From: Mizuhopecten yessoensis
Lineage: Eukaryota
Reading direction: 5' to 3'
NCBI RefSeq assembly: GCF_002113885.1
Contig: NW_018404696.1
Coordinates: 284,651 to 348,650, forward strand
DNA: 64,000 bases
Part shown: piece after piece, positions 1 to 11,344 of the stretch
Position numbering within the stretch: the first letter of the stretch is position 1
How the letters are laid out: the number at the start of each line of letters is the position of its first letter
Position numbers and translations under genes: made by a program
The notes under the pieces: generated by a model
Told to the model about the DNA's origin: nothing
What the model saw: only the letters and a program-made list of their open reading frames with translations
The model's database searches: none

Positions 1-608
1 ACAATACACGGGCACCAAGTTATATATAATACACAGGCACTAAGATACATACAATACATAGGCACTAAGTTACATACAATCCATAGGCACTAAGTTATAC
101 ATAATACACATGCACTAAGTTACCTACAATACACAGGCACTAAGTTACATACAATACATAGGCACTAAGTTATACATAATACACAGGCACTAAGTTATAT
201 ATAATACACAGGCACTAAGTTACATACAATACACAGGCACTAAGTTACCTACAATACACATGCACTAAGTTACATATAATATACAGGCACTAAGTTACAT
301 ACAATACCATACACAGGCACCAAGTTACATACAATACAATACACAGGCACTAAGTTACATATAATACACAGGCACCAAGTTACATACAATACACAGGCAC
401 TAAGTTACATACAATACGCAGGCACCAAGTTTTATACAATTCACAGGCACCAAGTTACATATAATACACAGGCACTAAGTTACATACAATACACAGGCAC
501 CAAGTTATATATAATACACGGGCACTAAGTTACATATAATACACAGGCACCAAGTTACATACAATACACAGGCACTAAGTTACATACAATACACAGGCAC
601 CAAGTTAC
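1..608. repeat. 25-bp minisatellite (ACAATACACAGGCACTAAGTTACAT)n, truncated by window start
   Basis: About 24 tandem copies read directly. Confidence 0.95.
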
Positions 609-1301
609 TTCAGTCTTACATACACACATATCTTTCATTCATTATCAAGATTTTAGAAAAATCAATATATATGACTGAAAATCTGTTTTTTGTGTGTATT
701 TCCTTATATAGGCATTGTAAGATAGCATGGCTGTTGACTTCAGGATGTTGAACTTTCAGTTTGATATAGAAGGTAGATACCTGGGTAAAAGATAATGACT
801 CATTATCCTCTTACATTTTTCCTGCTTTTTTTTGTTCCCTATTAAATTGTCTCCCTTACTTTTAATCCAAGATGAAAGATTGACATTAGGTAGTGAATGA
901 GTTTGTTACAGTGTTATCCTTGCGTGTTAAACATAGTATTGCCAGATTGCCGATATCCGGCCCGATTCTAAAACTCACAGCAGAACAACTTTTGGGAATT
1001 AAAAGCTTTTCTGTTTGAAAGTGTTGTCTAATGAAATATTGCTTGAATTCTGCTGAAATCAAATTGAAATATATAATTTCACCTGTTTTTGGCATCCATG
1101 TGTTAATTTTGATAAACATTATGTAGTTACGATTCAATGTAGGTGAGTGGGAGTTGCCTCCCCTGATTCATTTGGTTGACCCCTCTATGTAGTAAGAATT
1201 GGTTATAACGAGAGAAATTTCAGTCTCATTAACCTGGTTATATGTAGAGTTAATATATGGACATAGAGAGGGAGGTAGATGACATCCTCAGCAGTTATTT
1301 G

Positions 1302-1546
1302 ACAGTGCTCTTGTGTACTCGAACTGCCATTGCTCGAATAACAGTGTTCCTCAAAATCTGATATATCCCCATCCACTTTATACGGGTGTCAGCCAAACGT
1401 CGGAGGACCAGAGGATTAACGGCAGAACACTAAGTACCTGTTACCCAGTTGTAGCTGCATTATCATGTTGTGTGCATATGTATTATTTTCCGATGATGTT
1501 TGACATTGATGTTTGCGCGAGTTCAAATTAGTGGGGTTTTACTGTA
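1302..1546. mobile_element. Degenerate Tc1/mariner-type MITE remnant (CAGT...ACTG termini)
   Basis: Starts acagtg...ctcgaact and ends gagttcaaattagtggggttttactgta; imperfect inverted ends. Confidence 0.35.
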
Positions 1547-1615
1547 TATAGAATTACCAGGAGAATGTTACTATAAAATTGTTTATAAAGATATGATTTA
1601 CCTGTCTACCTGTAG

Positions 1616-1933
1616 AATTACCTGGAGGATGTATTGGCCAAGCAGAGCTCGTTAGACAAAGTGAATGAGAAGGCTCAGGCTTTACTCCAAACCAATGCTG
1701 ATGCCAAGACATCACATGCCATCACCCAGCTGACCACACGATACCAGGGAGTGATCGCTCTGTCCAAGGACATCGTCAAGAACCTAGAAGCCTACTTTGA
1801 ATATCACCGGACATACAAACAAAATTTGGAGGACTTCCAGCATTGGCTTCAAAACACTCAGCAAAATCTGCGTGAGGTTCAGGATTCGGCTGGTTCCAAA
1901 GATGATGTTGGAAGCAAGATCAGCAAGATTTCT
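1616..1933 (+). CDS. SYNE1: Nesprin-1/Msp300-like spectrin-repeat protein, internal exon A (106 aa, NYLEDVLAKQ...KISKIS)
   Basis: tgtag| acceptor, |gtaagt donor, phase 0/0, helix-A Trp motif FQHWL. Confidence 0.85.
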
Positions 1934-2414
1934 GTAAGTTTTCTCGTTTGTTAACCCCTTGTGTTATCTCAATAACAGTATTGCTTGATCAGCCTATTAG
2001 AAATAATGTATGTAAGTAGTCCTGCTTCTGAATCAACTTTTTAAAATAAATCTTTAAGGAAACTCTGAAATGTTAATGTCATTTGATCACATGTGAATTA
2101 ACTCTTTAACTAAAATCAGAAATGGTCTTGTAAGACTTGTTTTCTTGGATTTCAGCGATACTTAATTTCAATGACATCCTGTCATATCTTCACATGATTT
2201 CCCTGAAAGACTGACTTTGTCATTTGACTGACACTCTTATCTGGCCAAATGATTCGGTTCCATGTCGTGATATTCACTGCATAAAGTATTGATGTGGGAA
2301 TGCTACCACGCATTCCTCTTTCCAAGGTTTATGTTTACATTTTATAAAAGTAGATAGTATTTAAAGATCACTTGAAAAATCACCAAAAAATAAGTTATGT
2401 AATCTGTTGTTTAG

Positions 2415-2741
2415 GCGATACAAGCAGCGATGGACCAAGGACACAACTATCTACGAGCATTGTTAGAATGTTCCGAACGTGTACTACCTAACACGAACCA
2501 GCGTGGCTGCCTCGTTGTGAAACAGGAGACAGAGACGGCCAAACTTGATTATGAGAATCTCTTAACTGATGTGTCACAAGCTAAGCGTAACCTCGAGTCA
2601 GCACTAACCCAGTGGGGTGATTTTGATCGTCTGTATGACCACTTCAGCACCTGGTTGACCGATGTAGAGGCCAAACTGAAAGCTGACCCAGTACTCCGTA
2701 CCGATCTCCCAGAAAAACGGTCAAGTCTGGAAAAGAGCAAG
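2415..2741 (+). CDS. SYNE1: Nesprin-like exon B (109 aa, AIQAAMDQG...LEKSK)
   Basis: tttag|GCG and AAG|gtagat; phase 0; FSTWL spectrin motif; SERVLPNT..G motif typical of the nesprin-1/Msp300 rod. Confidence 0.88.
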
Positions 2742-2746
2742 GTAGA

Positions 2747-4600
2747 TGTCTATTACAATGTTTGATAATATTTGTATTACAATGTTTGATAAGGTGTCTA
2801 TTATAATGTTAAGGTGTCTATTACATTGTTTCATAAGGTATATATTACAATGTTTAAGTGTCCATTTCATTGTATGTTGAGGTGTTTATTATAATGTTAA
2901 GGTGTCTATTACAATGTTTGATAATGTGTCTATTACAATGTATGATAAGGTGTCTATTACAATGTATGATAAGGTGTCTATTACAATGTTTGATAAGGTG
3001 TCTATTACAATATATGTTAAGGTGTCTATTATAATGTTTGATAAGGTGTCTATTACAATGTTTGATAATGTGTCTATTACAATTTTTGATAAGGTGTCTA
3101 TTACAATGTTTGATAAGGTGTCTATTACAATGTATGATAATGTGTCTATTACAATGTTTGATAAGGTGTCTATTACATTGTATGATAAGGTGTCTATTAC
3201 AATGTATGATAAGGTGTCTATGACAATGTTTGATAAGGTGTCTATTACATTGTTTGATAATGTGTCTATTACAATGTTTGATAGGGTGTCTATTACATTG
3301 TATGATAAGGTGTCTATTACAATGTTTGATAATGTGTCTATTCCAATGTTTGATAAGGTGTCTATTACAATGTATGATAAGGGGTCTATTACAATGTATG
3401 ATAAGGTGTCTATTACAATGTTTGATAAGGTGTATATTACAATGTATGATAATGTGTCTATTACAATGTTTGATAAGGTGTCTATTCCAATGTTTGATAA
3501 GGTGTCTATTACAATGTATGATAGGGTGTCTATTACAATGGTTGATAAGGTGTCTATTACATTGTTTGATAATGTGTCTATTACAATGTTTGATCAGGTG
3601 TCTATTACAATGTTTGATAAGGTGTCTATTCCAATGTTTGATAAGGTGTCTATTACAATGTATGATAGGGTGTCTATTACAATGGTTGATAAGGTGTCTA
3701 TTACATTGTTTGATAATGTGTCTATTACAATGTTTGATAAGGTGTCTATTCCAATGTTTGATAAGGTGTCTATTACAATGTATGATAATGTGTCTATTAC
3801 AAAGTTTGATAAGGTGTCTATTACATTGTATGATAAGGTGTCTATTACAATGTTTGATAATGTGTCTATTCCAATGTTTGATAAGGTGTCTATTACAATG
3901 TATGATAAGGTGTCTATGACAATGTTTGATAAGGTGTCTATTACATTGTTTGATAATGTGTCTATTACAATGTTTGATAGGGTGTCTATTACATTGTATG
4001 ATAAGGTGTCTATTACAATGTATGATAATGTGTCTATTACAAAGTTTGATAAGGTGTCTATTACATTGTATGATAAGGTGTCTATTACAATGTATGATAA
4101 TGTGTCTATTACAATGTTTGATAAGGTGTATATTACAATGTATGATAATGTGTCTATTACAATGTATGATAAGGTGTCTATTACAATGTATGATGAGGTG
4201 TCTATTACAATGTATGATAAGGTGTCTATGACAATGTTTGATAAGGTGTCTATTACATTGTTTGATAATGTGTCTATTACAATGTTTGATAGGGTGTCTA
4301 TTACATTGTATGATAAGGTGTCTATTACAATGTTTGATAAGGTGTGTATTACATTGTATGATAAGGTGGCTATTACAATGTATGATAAGGTGTCTATTAC
4401 ATTGTTTGATAAGGTGTCTATTACAATGTATGATAGGGTGTCTATTACAATGGTTGATAAGGTGTCTATTACATTGTTTGATAATGTGTCTATTACAATG
4501 TTTGATCAGGTGTCTATTACAATGTTTGATAAGGTGTCTATTCCAATGTTTGATAAGGTGTCTATTACAATGTATGATAAGGTGTCTATTACATTGTTTT
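2747..4600. repeat. 24-bp minisatellite (TGTCTATTACAATGTTTGATAAGG)n
   Basis: More than 70 copies; accounts for ORFs 2902-4615. Confidence 0.97.
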
Positions 4601-4710
4601 GATATTTGTATTTAACCCAATTGTTAGGAATTTGCTATTTGATAATTGCATTTAGATTTAATGAGTTATATTTTTTTAAATGCAACCTTATGGTAATGTA
4701 GTTTTTGGTT

Positions 4711-4851
4711 GCATATAGTGAGACATGATAACTTTAGTTTGATTGATTTACCAGGCAGCATATAGTGAGACACGATAACTCTTGTTTGATTGATTTACCA
4801 GGCAGCATATAGTGAGACATGATAACTCTTGTTTGATTGATTTACCAGGCA
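4711..4851 (+). repeat. 47-bp x3 tandem repeat containing the 3' splice site of exon C
   Basis: GCATATAGTGAGACATGATAACTCTTGTTTGATTGATTTACCAGGCA at 4711, 4758 and 4805. Confidence 0.93.
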
Positions 4852-4989
4852 TTACAAGCAGACGTGGCTCTTCACAAAGATGCTCTTGCCAAGTTGGAGG
4901 ACAAATCTTCCCATTTGAGGGATGGACGTCCTCAAAGTGTGGCATCCAATCTCCGCTCTCGCTTCAACAAAGCAGCTAATCAATCTAAG
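4849..4989 (+). CDS. SYNE1: Nesprin-like exon C (47 aa, ALQADVALHK...NQSK)
   Basis: accag|GCA and AAG|gtgcgt; phase 0; spectrin helix B/C. Confidence 0.85.
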
Positions 4990-5079
4990 GTGCGTAAAGC
5001 AACTTCAACCAGTAAAACAGTGTTACTTCTACCTCATCATGTCAATCAAATAGACATATCATTTCTTTCCTTTTGATAT

Positions 5080-6228
5080 CTAGCTCGGCTGGCTTAAAGG
5101 GCCAAGTGAGTTATAACTTGAAACAGTTGAAATCTGCTCCCTATAACCATATCCACACATATACATACAGATTTAAATCCTATTCCCAATGAAGAATCTT
5201 TGGTCCCTTTGACTTGAGAATCAACTGTGTAAGGGAAGACTATGGCTCCCCTGGGGACTTAGCACAAAACAAGATCATTTGGATGTTCAATTATTTGAAG
5301 GTCTACTCCCCCTGAACAGTTGATCATATTTGAACCAAATTTACTGTAAGGCATCTTCTGGATCAGGGTATCAAATAGTGTAGAAATCAATTGTCTTGCC
5401 TCCCTAAATGCTGATGAGAGGCGGCCAAAATTGGAAAATATTTGCAACGTTAGGTTTTTAGGTCACCTGAGCTTTAGCTCAAGTGACCTATTGCTATCCG
5501 TTTTCGTCCGTCGTCGTCCGTCGTCCGTCGTCCGTCGTCCGTTAACATTTTACATTTCAAACTTAAAGTCAAGTTCTGCTGGGCCGATTGAACTGAAAGT
5601 TGGTAGGAATGATCGCCTCATGGTCCTGACAAAGTGTTGTTATTTTTCGGGTCGATCAGAAATCCAATATGGCCGCCACGGCCGCCATTTTGAAAACCTA
5701 TTTCAAACTTAAAGTCAAGTTCTGCTGGACCGATTGAACTGAAAGTTGGTAGGAATGATCGCCTCATGGTCCTGACAAAGTGTTGTTATTTTTCGGGTCG
5801 ATCAGAAATCCAATATGGCCGCCACGGCCGCCATTTTGAAAACCTATTTCAAACTTAAAGTCAAGTTCTGCTGGACCGATTGAACTGAAAGTTGGTAGGA
5901 ATGATCGCCTCATGGTCCTGACAAAGTGTTGTTATTTTTCGGGTCAATCAGAAATACAATTTGGCTGCCATGGCCGCTATTTTGCTACTAAGTTCTAATA
6001 GGCCGATCTCACTTAAAATTGGTCTAGGAATGATCAGCTCATGGTCCTGACAAAGTTAAGTTAACATTATACTATTTTTTACTCAAATTGGTACATATTT
6101 CAACAACAAAAATAAATACTATAGACTCAGGTGACCGTTAAGGCCCATGGGCCTCTTGTTATGAAAAAGGATTTCCTGTGGTTTTCTTAAGAAGTCAGGT
6201 GAGCAATACAGGCCTTCTGGGCCTTTTG
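5080..6228 (+). mobile_element. Older Helentron-type non-autonomous element (HINE/DINE-1-like), interrupted by a younger one
   Basis: 5' tagctcggctgg...ccaagtgagtta; 3' tcaggtgagcaatacaggccttctgggcct hairpin-like end. Confidence 0.5.
5458..6160 (+). mobile_element. Young Helentron-associated non-autonomous element (HINE/pearl-like) with internal 146-bp tandem repeats
   Basis: Subterminal inverted repeat GGTCACCTGAG (5461) / CTCAGGTGACC (6126); (CGTC)n microsatellite near the 5' end; 146-bp units at 5554, 5700, 5846; 3' palindrome AGGCCCATGGGCCT; T-rich insertion site. Confidence 0.85.
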
Positions 6229-6339
6229 TGCTTCTTGCACTTATTAATACATATATTGTATTCAGCAAATTTTTAATTATAAATAAATTCTTTGGCTTCT
6301 TCTAAAACATGTCTATAATGCTATGTTTTTGTGTATCAT

Positions 6340-6648
6340 ATGATGTCATGAAATATTGTTGTTTGATGACATCACAATGTGATTTTGTTGTTTGATGACA
6401 TCACAAAGTGATATTGTTGTTTGATGTCATCATAATGTTATTGTTGTTTGATGACATCACAATGTGATATTGTTGTTTGATGACATCACAATGAGATATT
6501 GTTGTTTGATGACATCACAATGTGATTTTGTTGTTTGATGACATCACAATGTGATTTTGTTGTTTGATGTCATCACAATGTTATCGTTGTTTGATGACAT
6601 CACAATGTGATATTGTTGTTTGATGACATCACAATGTGATATTGTTGT
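6340..6648. repeat. 29-bp minisatellite (TGATGACATCACAATGTGATATTGTTGTT)n
   Basis: About 10 copies; unit contains short palindromes. Confidence 0.93.
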
Positions 6649-6724
6649 ATGCTGGGCTTCCTATTCTCAAAAAATTTGCTGTCATTGTCTGCAAGTGAAA
6701 TGTTTGGGTGACCTTCAATTTTAG

Positions 6725-6889
6725 GAGATGACTGAGCGTCTGGAGGAACAAGTACAGAGCCATGAGGAGTATAGGCGTTCCTATATAGCCTGTCTCGACT
6801 GGCTCGCCAACAACCGACACCGTCTCCAACGTCTAAGTGACTACTCCGGGGATCGACGGACACTACAGGACAGACTTCAGCAGCTCAAG
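6725..6889 (+). CDS. SYNE1: Nesprin-like exon D (55 aa, EMTERLEEQV...LQQLK)
   Basis: tttag|GAG and AAG|gtaact; phase 0; CLDWL motif. Confidence 0.88.
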
Positions 6890-7605
6890 GTAACTTTCTT
6901 TGGCGGCTAGAATGTTGTATACAAACAAGTGATTGACATTTCAGGCATCATAGAAAATGTAATTTAAAAGAACAATTAGAAATGAAACCACAGTATAGCA
7001 ATATAACTCAAAACAGAATTTTCATCAATTTTCAGTCAAAAAGGTGTCACTTTGAAGATTTTTGGTCTCAAGATGTTTTGTGAATCAATAAGAAAATTAT
7101 ACATTTACAATAACCTCTGCAGTAAAGTTGGAAGTATGCTAGAAACAGCTTGTCTGTCTGTCTGTTGGTCCATGGATAACAGCTTGTTGAGACTACACCT
7201 CTTTATCCGATTTCAACGAAACTTTATAACTTTATAGTTTTTTGTGCAGTGTTGGATCACCACCCTGTTGTCTATTTCACACTGTCTGGTCATCTCTTCT
7301 TTTGTAATGTACAACATGGTTAGGTACAGCAAAACCTTGTTATATTGCCAGCATTTGTTCAAAGAAATGTTGGCATTATAAAGGGATTTGGCGATAGATT
7401 GAGGGAAATGTATAAAGGAATTCTTCAGAAAAACATAATTAAAGGAACTTGAAATATGTTGGTGATAAGCAAGGTGTCAAATTATTATAATTCTATATTT
7501 GAGGAAGAATTCACAAGCAAAACAAATATTTGTGAACTTTGGTAATCTCTTTTTACAATTTAAATATGTTCTCAATAAAACAAACCTCCATTTTCACTTT
7601 CCTAG

Positions 7606-7932
7606 GACTTCAAGGGTGAGATGCGACAGGGTCAGGACATGGTAAACAATGCCACACAGCTTGGTGAGCGTGTGTGTCAGACAACGGCTCCGCGGGGACA
7701 GGACGCCATACACAAGGAACTGACCAACCTGAAGGAAGACTGGAATGCTTTCGCCTCGTCTGTTAACGAGATGGAGGCTAACCTAGAGGCATGCATCGGA
7801 AACTGGCTAGAACTTGATGAGGAATACCAACGCTTCCACCAGTGGGCTGAGAAAATGGAAGGAAAGGTCAAAGGACTGCAAGAGAACAAGCCGGACCAGC
7901 AACACAAGGAACAGCAGCTCATGGAGGCAGAG
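7606..7932 (+). CDS. SYNE1: Nesprin-like exon E (109 aa, DFKGEMRQG...LMEAE)
   Basis: cctag|GAC and GAG|gtcagc; phase 0; FHQWA motif. Confidence 0.88.
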
Positions 7933-8076
7933 GTCAGCAACTTTGTTAATATGTTAATGAATATAAGAAATTTTATGATAAAAAAATTGATGAACTGACT
8001 AGAAACCATTTCTATTCTGAAATTCTGAGACCTGTAATGTGTTATGTCGTGTCTCCAATGTACGTTCTGTTTACAG

Positions 8077-8229
8077 GATGTTTTTGATGAGGTCCTGAAG
8101 AGGAAGGCGGCTCTGGACCACGTCAAGGACAGGACAGATGCTGTATCACAGAGGAGCTCTGATCCACGGGTGTCAAACAACATGATGCTACTCTCGGCAA
8201 AGTACCAAGGACTTGTGTCTGCCGCCAAG
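8077..8229 (+). CDS. SYNE1: Nesprin-like exon F (51 aa, DVFDEVLKRK...VSAAK)
   Basis: tacag|GAT and AAG|gtctgt; phase 0. Confidence 0.85.
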
Positions 8230-8470
8230 GTCTGTATTGGTGTTAGGAATGGGTTATATAGCTGAACTGTAACATCTATGTTTTAAGTTTGTCAGGCCTA
8301 GCTTTGGTTGGATGTTTAATCTCCTGTTCAAGGTAAAATTGATACAGTAAGAAATATTTGCAGATGTAACAGTATTTGAGAATAAATTGAATGTTTTCCC
8401 ATTAAAAGATAAATCTCACTGATGTATAACAGGAATACGTAGTCAACATGTTTGTCAATCGTCTCAACAG

Positions 8471-8635
8471 GGAATGGTACATAGACTGTCAGAGAACGCC
8501 AAAGACCACAAAAGTTACAACACAGCCTTCGACGAGGCTGCTGATTGGCTGTCAGAAGTTGATGAGCGTGTCACTGTATGTAACGACACGTCAGGTGACT
8601 GGCATGCCGTTCAGGATCGAATGGATGATATCAAG
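8471..8635 (+). CDS. SYNE1: Nesprin-like exon G (55 aa, GMVHRLSENAKDHKSYNTAFDEAADWLSEV...MDDIK); this frame is absent from the ORF track
   Basis: aacag|GGA and AAG|gtagaa; hand translation is open and has the AADWL spectrin motif. Confidence 0.87.
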
Positions 8636-9350
8636 GTAGAATTACCTCACTGACTTAATATAAATTATTAGAACTTTTGGTCCTTTATAAGAAAAATAAA
8701 TTTATTGATTTTAGAACAAATTATCTGTTTAAAATGGAGGTCTTACGACTAGTCTAGTACTGAGATAATAAGCAAATTTAATGTTCTGCAAAGGCTAATA
8801 TCCCACACTTTTGGAGAAAACAGGTGATCTTAAATTGGGTGTCGGTATGTCAGACTTGGTTTCTGAGATATAACCTCTCTAAAATTGGTTCAATTTCAAC
8901 CAAATTGGGTCTGCACATTCACATTGACAAATAAGTGTCAAGTTTGATTGCTATTTTAATAATGAGGCTACCAACGTACGATTAGTTTATTGTCTCCCAT
9001 TCAATAACGGACCTAAATATGATGATGGGGACTGTGGGAAATCCTACGTCCAAACAAAGTGTTAAGTGGAGTCCTGGGTTACCCAGCAGACAGATTCCTC
9101 GAGAAATACACGCGTCCAACTGTAAATAGAGTAATTGATGGACAAAGATGACCCATGATAATGTCCAGCTGGGATTTACAGCTTTAATCAAAATATCAGA
9201 AGAAGAAACAAAGAGTCTGAGATAAAATTAGAAATGCAGTACACAGTTGTTTGGTTGGTAAAAATAACAAATTATAAAAACTTGATATGGATGATGATTA
9301 TACATAATGTTTCTATATTGATGATCTGTCTACTGAGTAACTGTTGTATG

Positions 9351-9466
9351 TTAATGGGATACTAACACATTGTGTATGATGTGTACTGAGTTAATGGGAT
9401 ACTAACATATTGTGTATGATGTGTACTGTGTTAATGGGATACTAACACATTGTGTATGATGTGTAC
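9351..9466 (+). repeat. 40-bp x3 repeat carrying TACTAAC, just upstream of the exon H acceptor
   Basis: TTAATGGGATACTAACACATTGTGTATGATGTGTACTG at 9351, 9391 and 9431. Confidence 0.9.
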
Positions 9467-9471
9467 AACAG

Positions 9472-9798
9472 GACATTACAACAAACATGGACGAGGGACT
9501 GAGAAAGGTGAACCTGGTCTGTGACCTTGCTGAGAGAATTCTACCCAACACATCATCTGATGGTAAGCGGATCATTGAACAACAGGTGACAGAGCTGACA
9601 AACGAGTGGGAGAAACTGAACCAGGCTATCTCCGAGTGTTCAGCCATGTTGGAGGGGGTTCAGGATCGCTGGAATGATTATGAGGAGTATTATGGCAGTC
9701 TGATCAAATGGCTTGCGGACATGGAGAACCAGCTGGCCATGGACCCCGAACCACGGGCCCAGCTTGTAGAGAAAAAGACACAACTTGACAAATTCAAG
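9472..9798 (+). CDS. SYNE1: Nesprin-like exon H (109 aa, DITTNMDEG...LDKFK)
   Basis: aacag|GAC and AAG|gtgagt; phase 0; LIKWL motif; AERILPNTSSDG. Confidence 0.88.
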
Positions 9799-10338
9799 GT
9801 GAGTATTGCAAAATACATAAATATAGTAAAATACTGGTGTGGTGAATTTCCCAACAAACTGTTTACTTTGTCCTGAACAAAATATTGTCACATTTTACTT
9901 ACATGTTAAGTCCTCTATAGAGTTCCTTGTAAACATGTTTTACTATAGAGATTTTAAATTTAAAACCAACTACAATTTATCTAAATTCGTGAAGATAGTC
10001 TGTCTGCAATACGGGAGTAGTAAATTGTATATTTTATTATTTTGTTGAAGTTAACAAACTATGAGTGGTAGTCCCAATGAACCAATAATCAAGTTGGCGT
10101 GCTTCCACTGTATAGTCTCTTACCTTATACACTTACACTTAGGTAGAATATTTTGATTACAAAATTATCAATTTCATAAGATTTTGAAATACAAATCTGG
10201 TAAAGCATGCATTTACATTCCTGGAGTGTGCTATTTTATACCAGTAGATCATGACCCCGTTATATAACATGACAACAAAAGTTTGAGCGTATAAAATTGT
10301 ACAAGATGAACAGTGTGTGATAATGTTTGTATTGCCAG

Positions 10339-10491
10339 CTGGTGATGAGTGATGTTGAAAACCACAACCGCCTCGTCAATGAGTTAGCAGAACGTGTTGC
10401 TAATCTAGAGGCTCTGAGTGAGAACCAGGAGGTGGCTGATACCCTGGCTAACGTTCGCGACCGATACGACAGAGTCCACACCCGAGTACAG
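10339..10491 (+). CDS. SYNE1: Nesprin-like exon I (51 aa, LVMSDVENHN...HTRVQ)
   Basis: gccag|CTG and CAG|gtaggg; phase 0. Confidence 0.86.
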
Positions 10492-10800
10492 GTAGGGCTA
10501 ACCCCTCCTTCCCCTATCATTGCCTGATAATGACGGGTATAAAACCTGCTCTTGTTGCAGGGAATGTTCCGTGTGTCAACTATTTCTCTAAAATGTACAA
10601 GTTTCCATTACCATCAGTGCCTACATCTGTGGTGTGTTAAAGATGTTTGCCATGAAATGAATAGTGTATTTCAAATATCCTTGGGAAATTATCTGGTACC
10701 TAAATCTGACTTGAGATGAGGAATAATTAGGTGATAATAAAACGTTTATAGGGATTTGTTGAGTGTACCACAGAGATGATCATTGTGTTTACATTGACAG

Positions 10801-10968
10801 GAGATTGTGGCCCATCTGGAGCAAGCTTACCACGATCACCTCGACTTCCACGAGGCTCAGCAGGACAGCGAGAAATGGCTGCTACAGACGTCATTCAAAC
10901 TGATGTCCCACAACTCCCTCAATGTCAGCACCATGGAACTTACACAGCGACAAATCGACAAACACCGG
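10801..10968 (+). CDS. SYNE1: Nesprin-like exon J (56 aa, EIVAHLEQAY...IDKHR)
   Basis: gacag|GAG and CGG|gtaagt; phase 0; EKWLLQTSFKLMSHNSL. Confidence 0.88.
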
Positions 10969-11167
10969 GTAAGTTATTATTATTATCATCAATGCTTAAC
11001 GACCCATCAACACAGGATAGGTCATTAGGGCCAACAACTGGTTGAACCACTGGGTAAGGTTTCTAATAACACTCTTGCCGAGTCACACAAAAAACTTTTT
11101 CCGTATTTGAAAGTGATAATTATTTTTTCATACTAATGTTTATAATTTGGTTGTGTTCATATCCCAG

Positions 11168-11344
11168 GGCCTGATCAAGGATATAGAGACATACAGGTCA
11201 ACACTGGACGAGGTGTCCAACCGGGGTCGTAATCTGGTCCAGGACAATGTCCGAGTGCCTAAGATGGCACAACAGGTCCAGTCACAGATGCAGAATTTGG
11301 AGGAAAGTTATCTCAACTTACAAACAACAGCCGAGCAGATCAGG
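11168..11344 (+). CDS. SYNE1: Nesprin-like exon K (59 aa, GLIKDIETYR...AEQIR)
   Basis: cccag|GGC and AGG|gtgagt; phase 0. Confidence 0.87.

Noticed and set aside
2902-4615. 566-aa ORF (VSITMFDK)n and overlapping ORFs
   Set aside because: Translation of a 24-bp minisatellite lying inside a GT-AG intron; open in several frames; no unique sequence.
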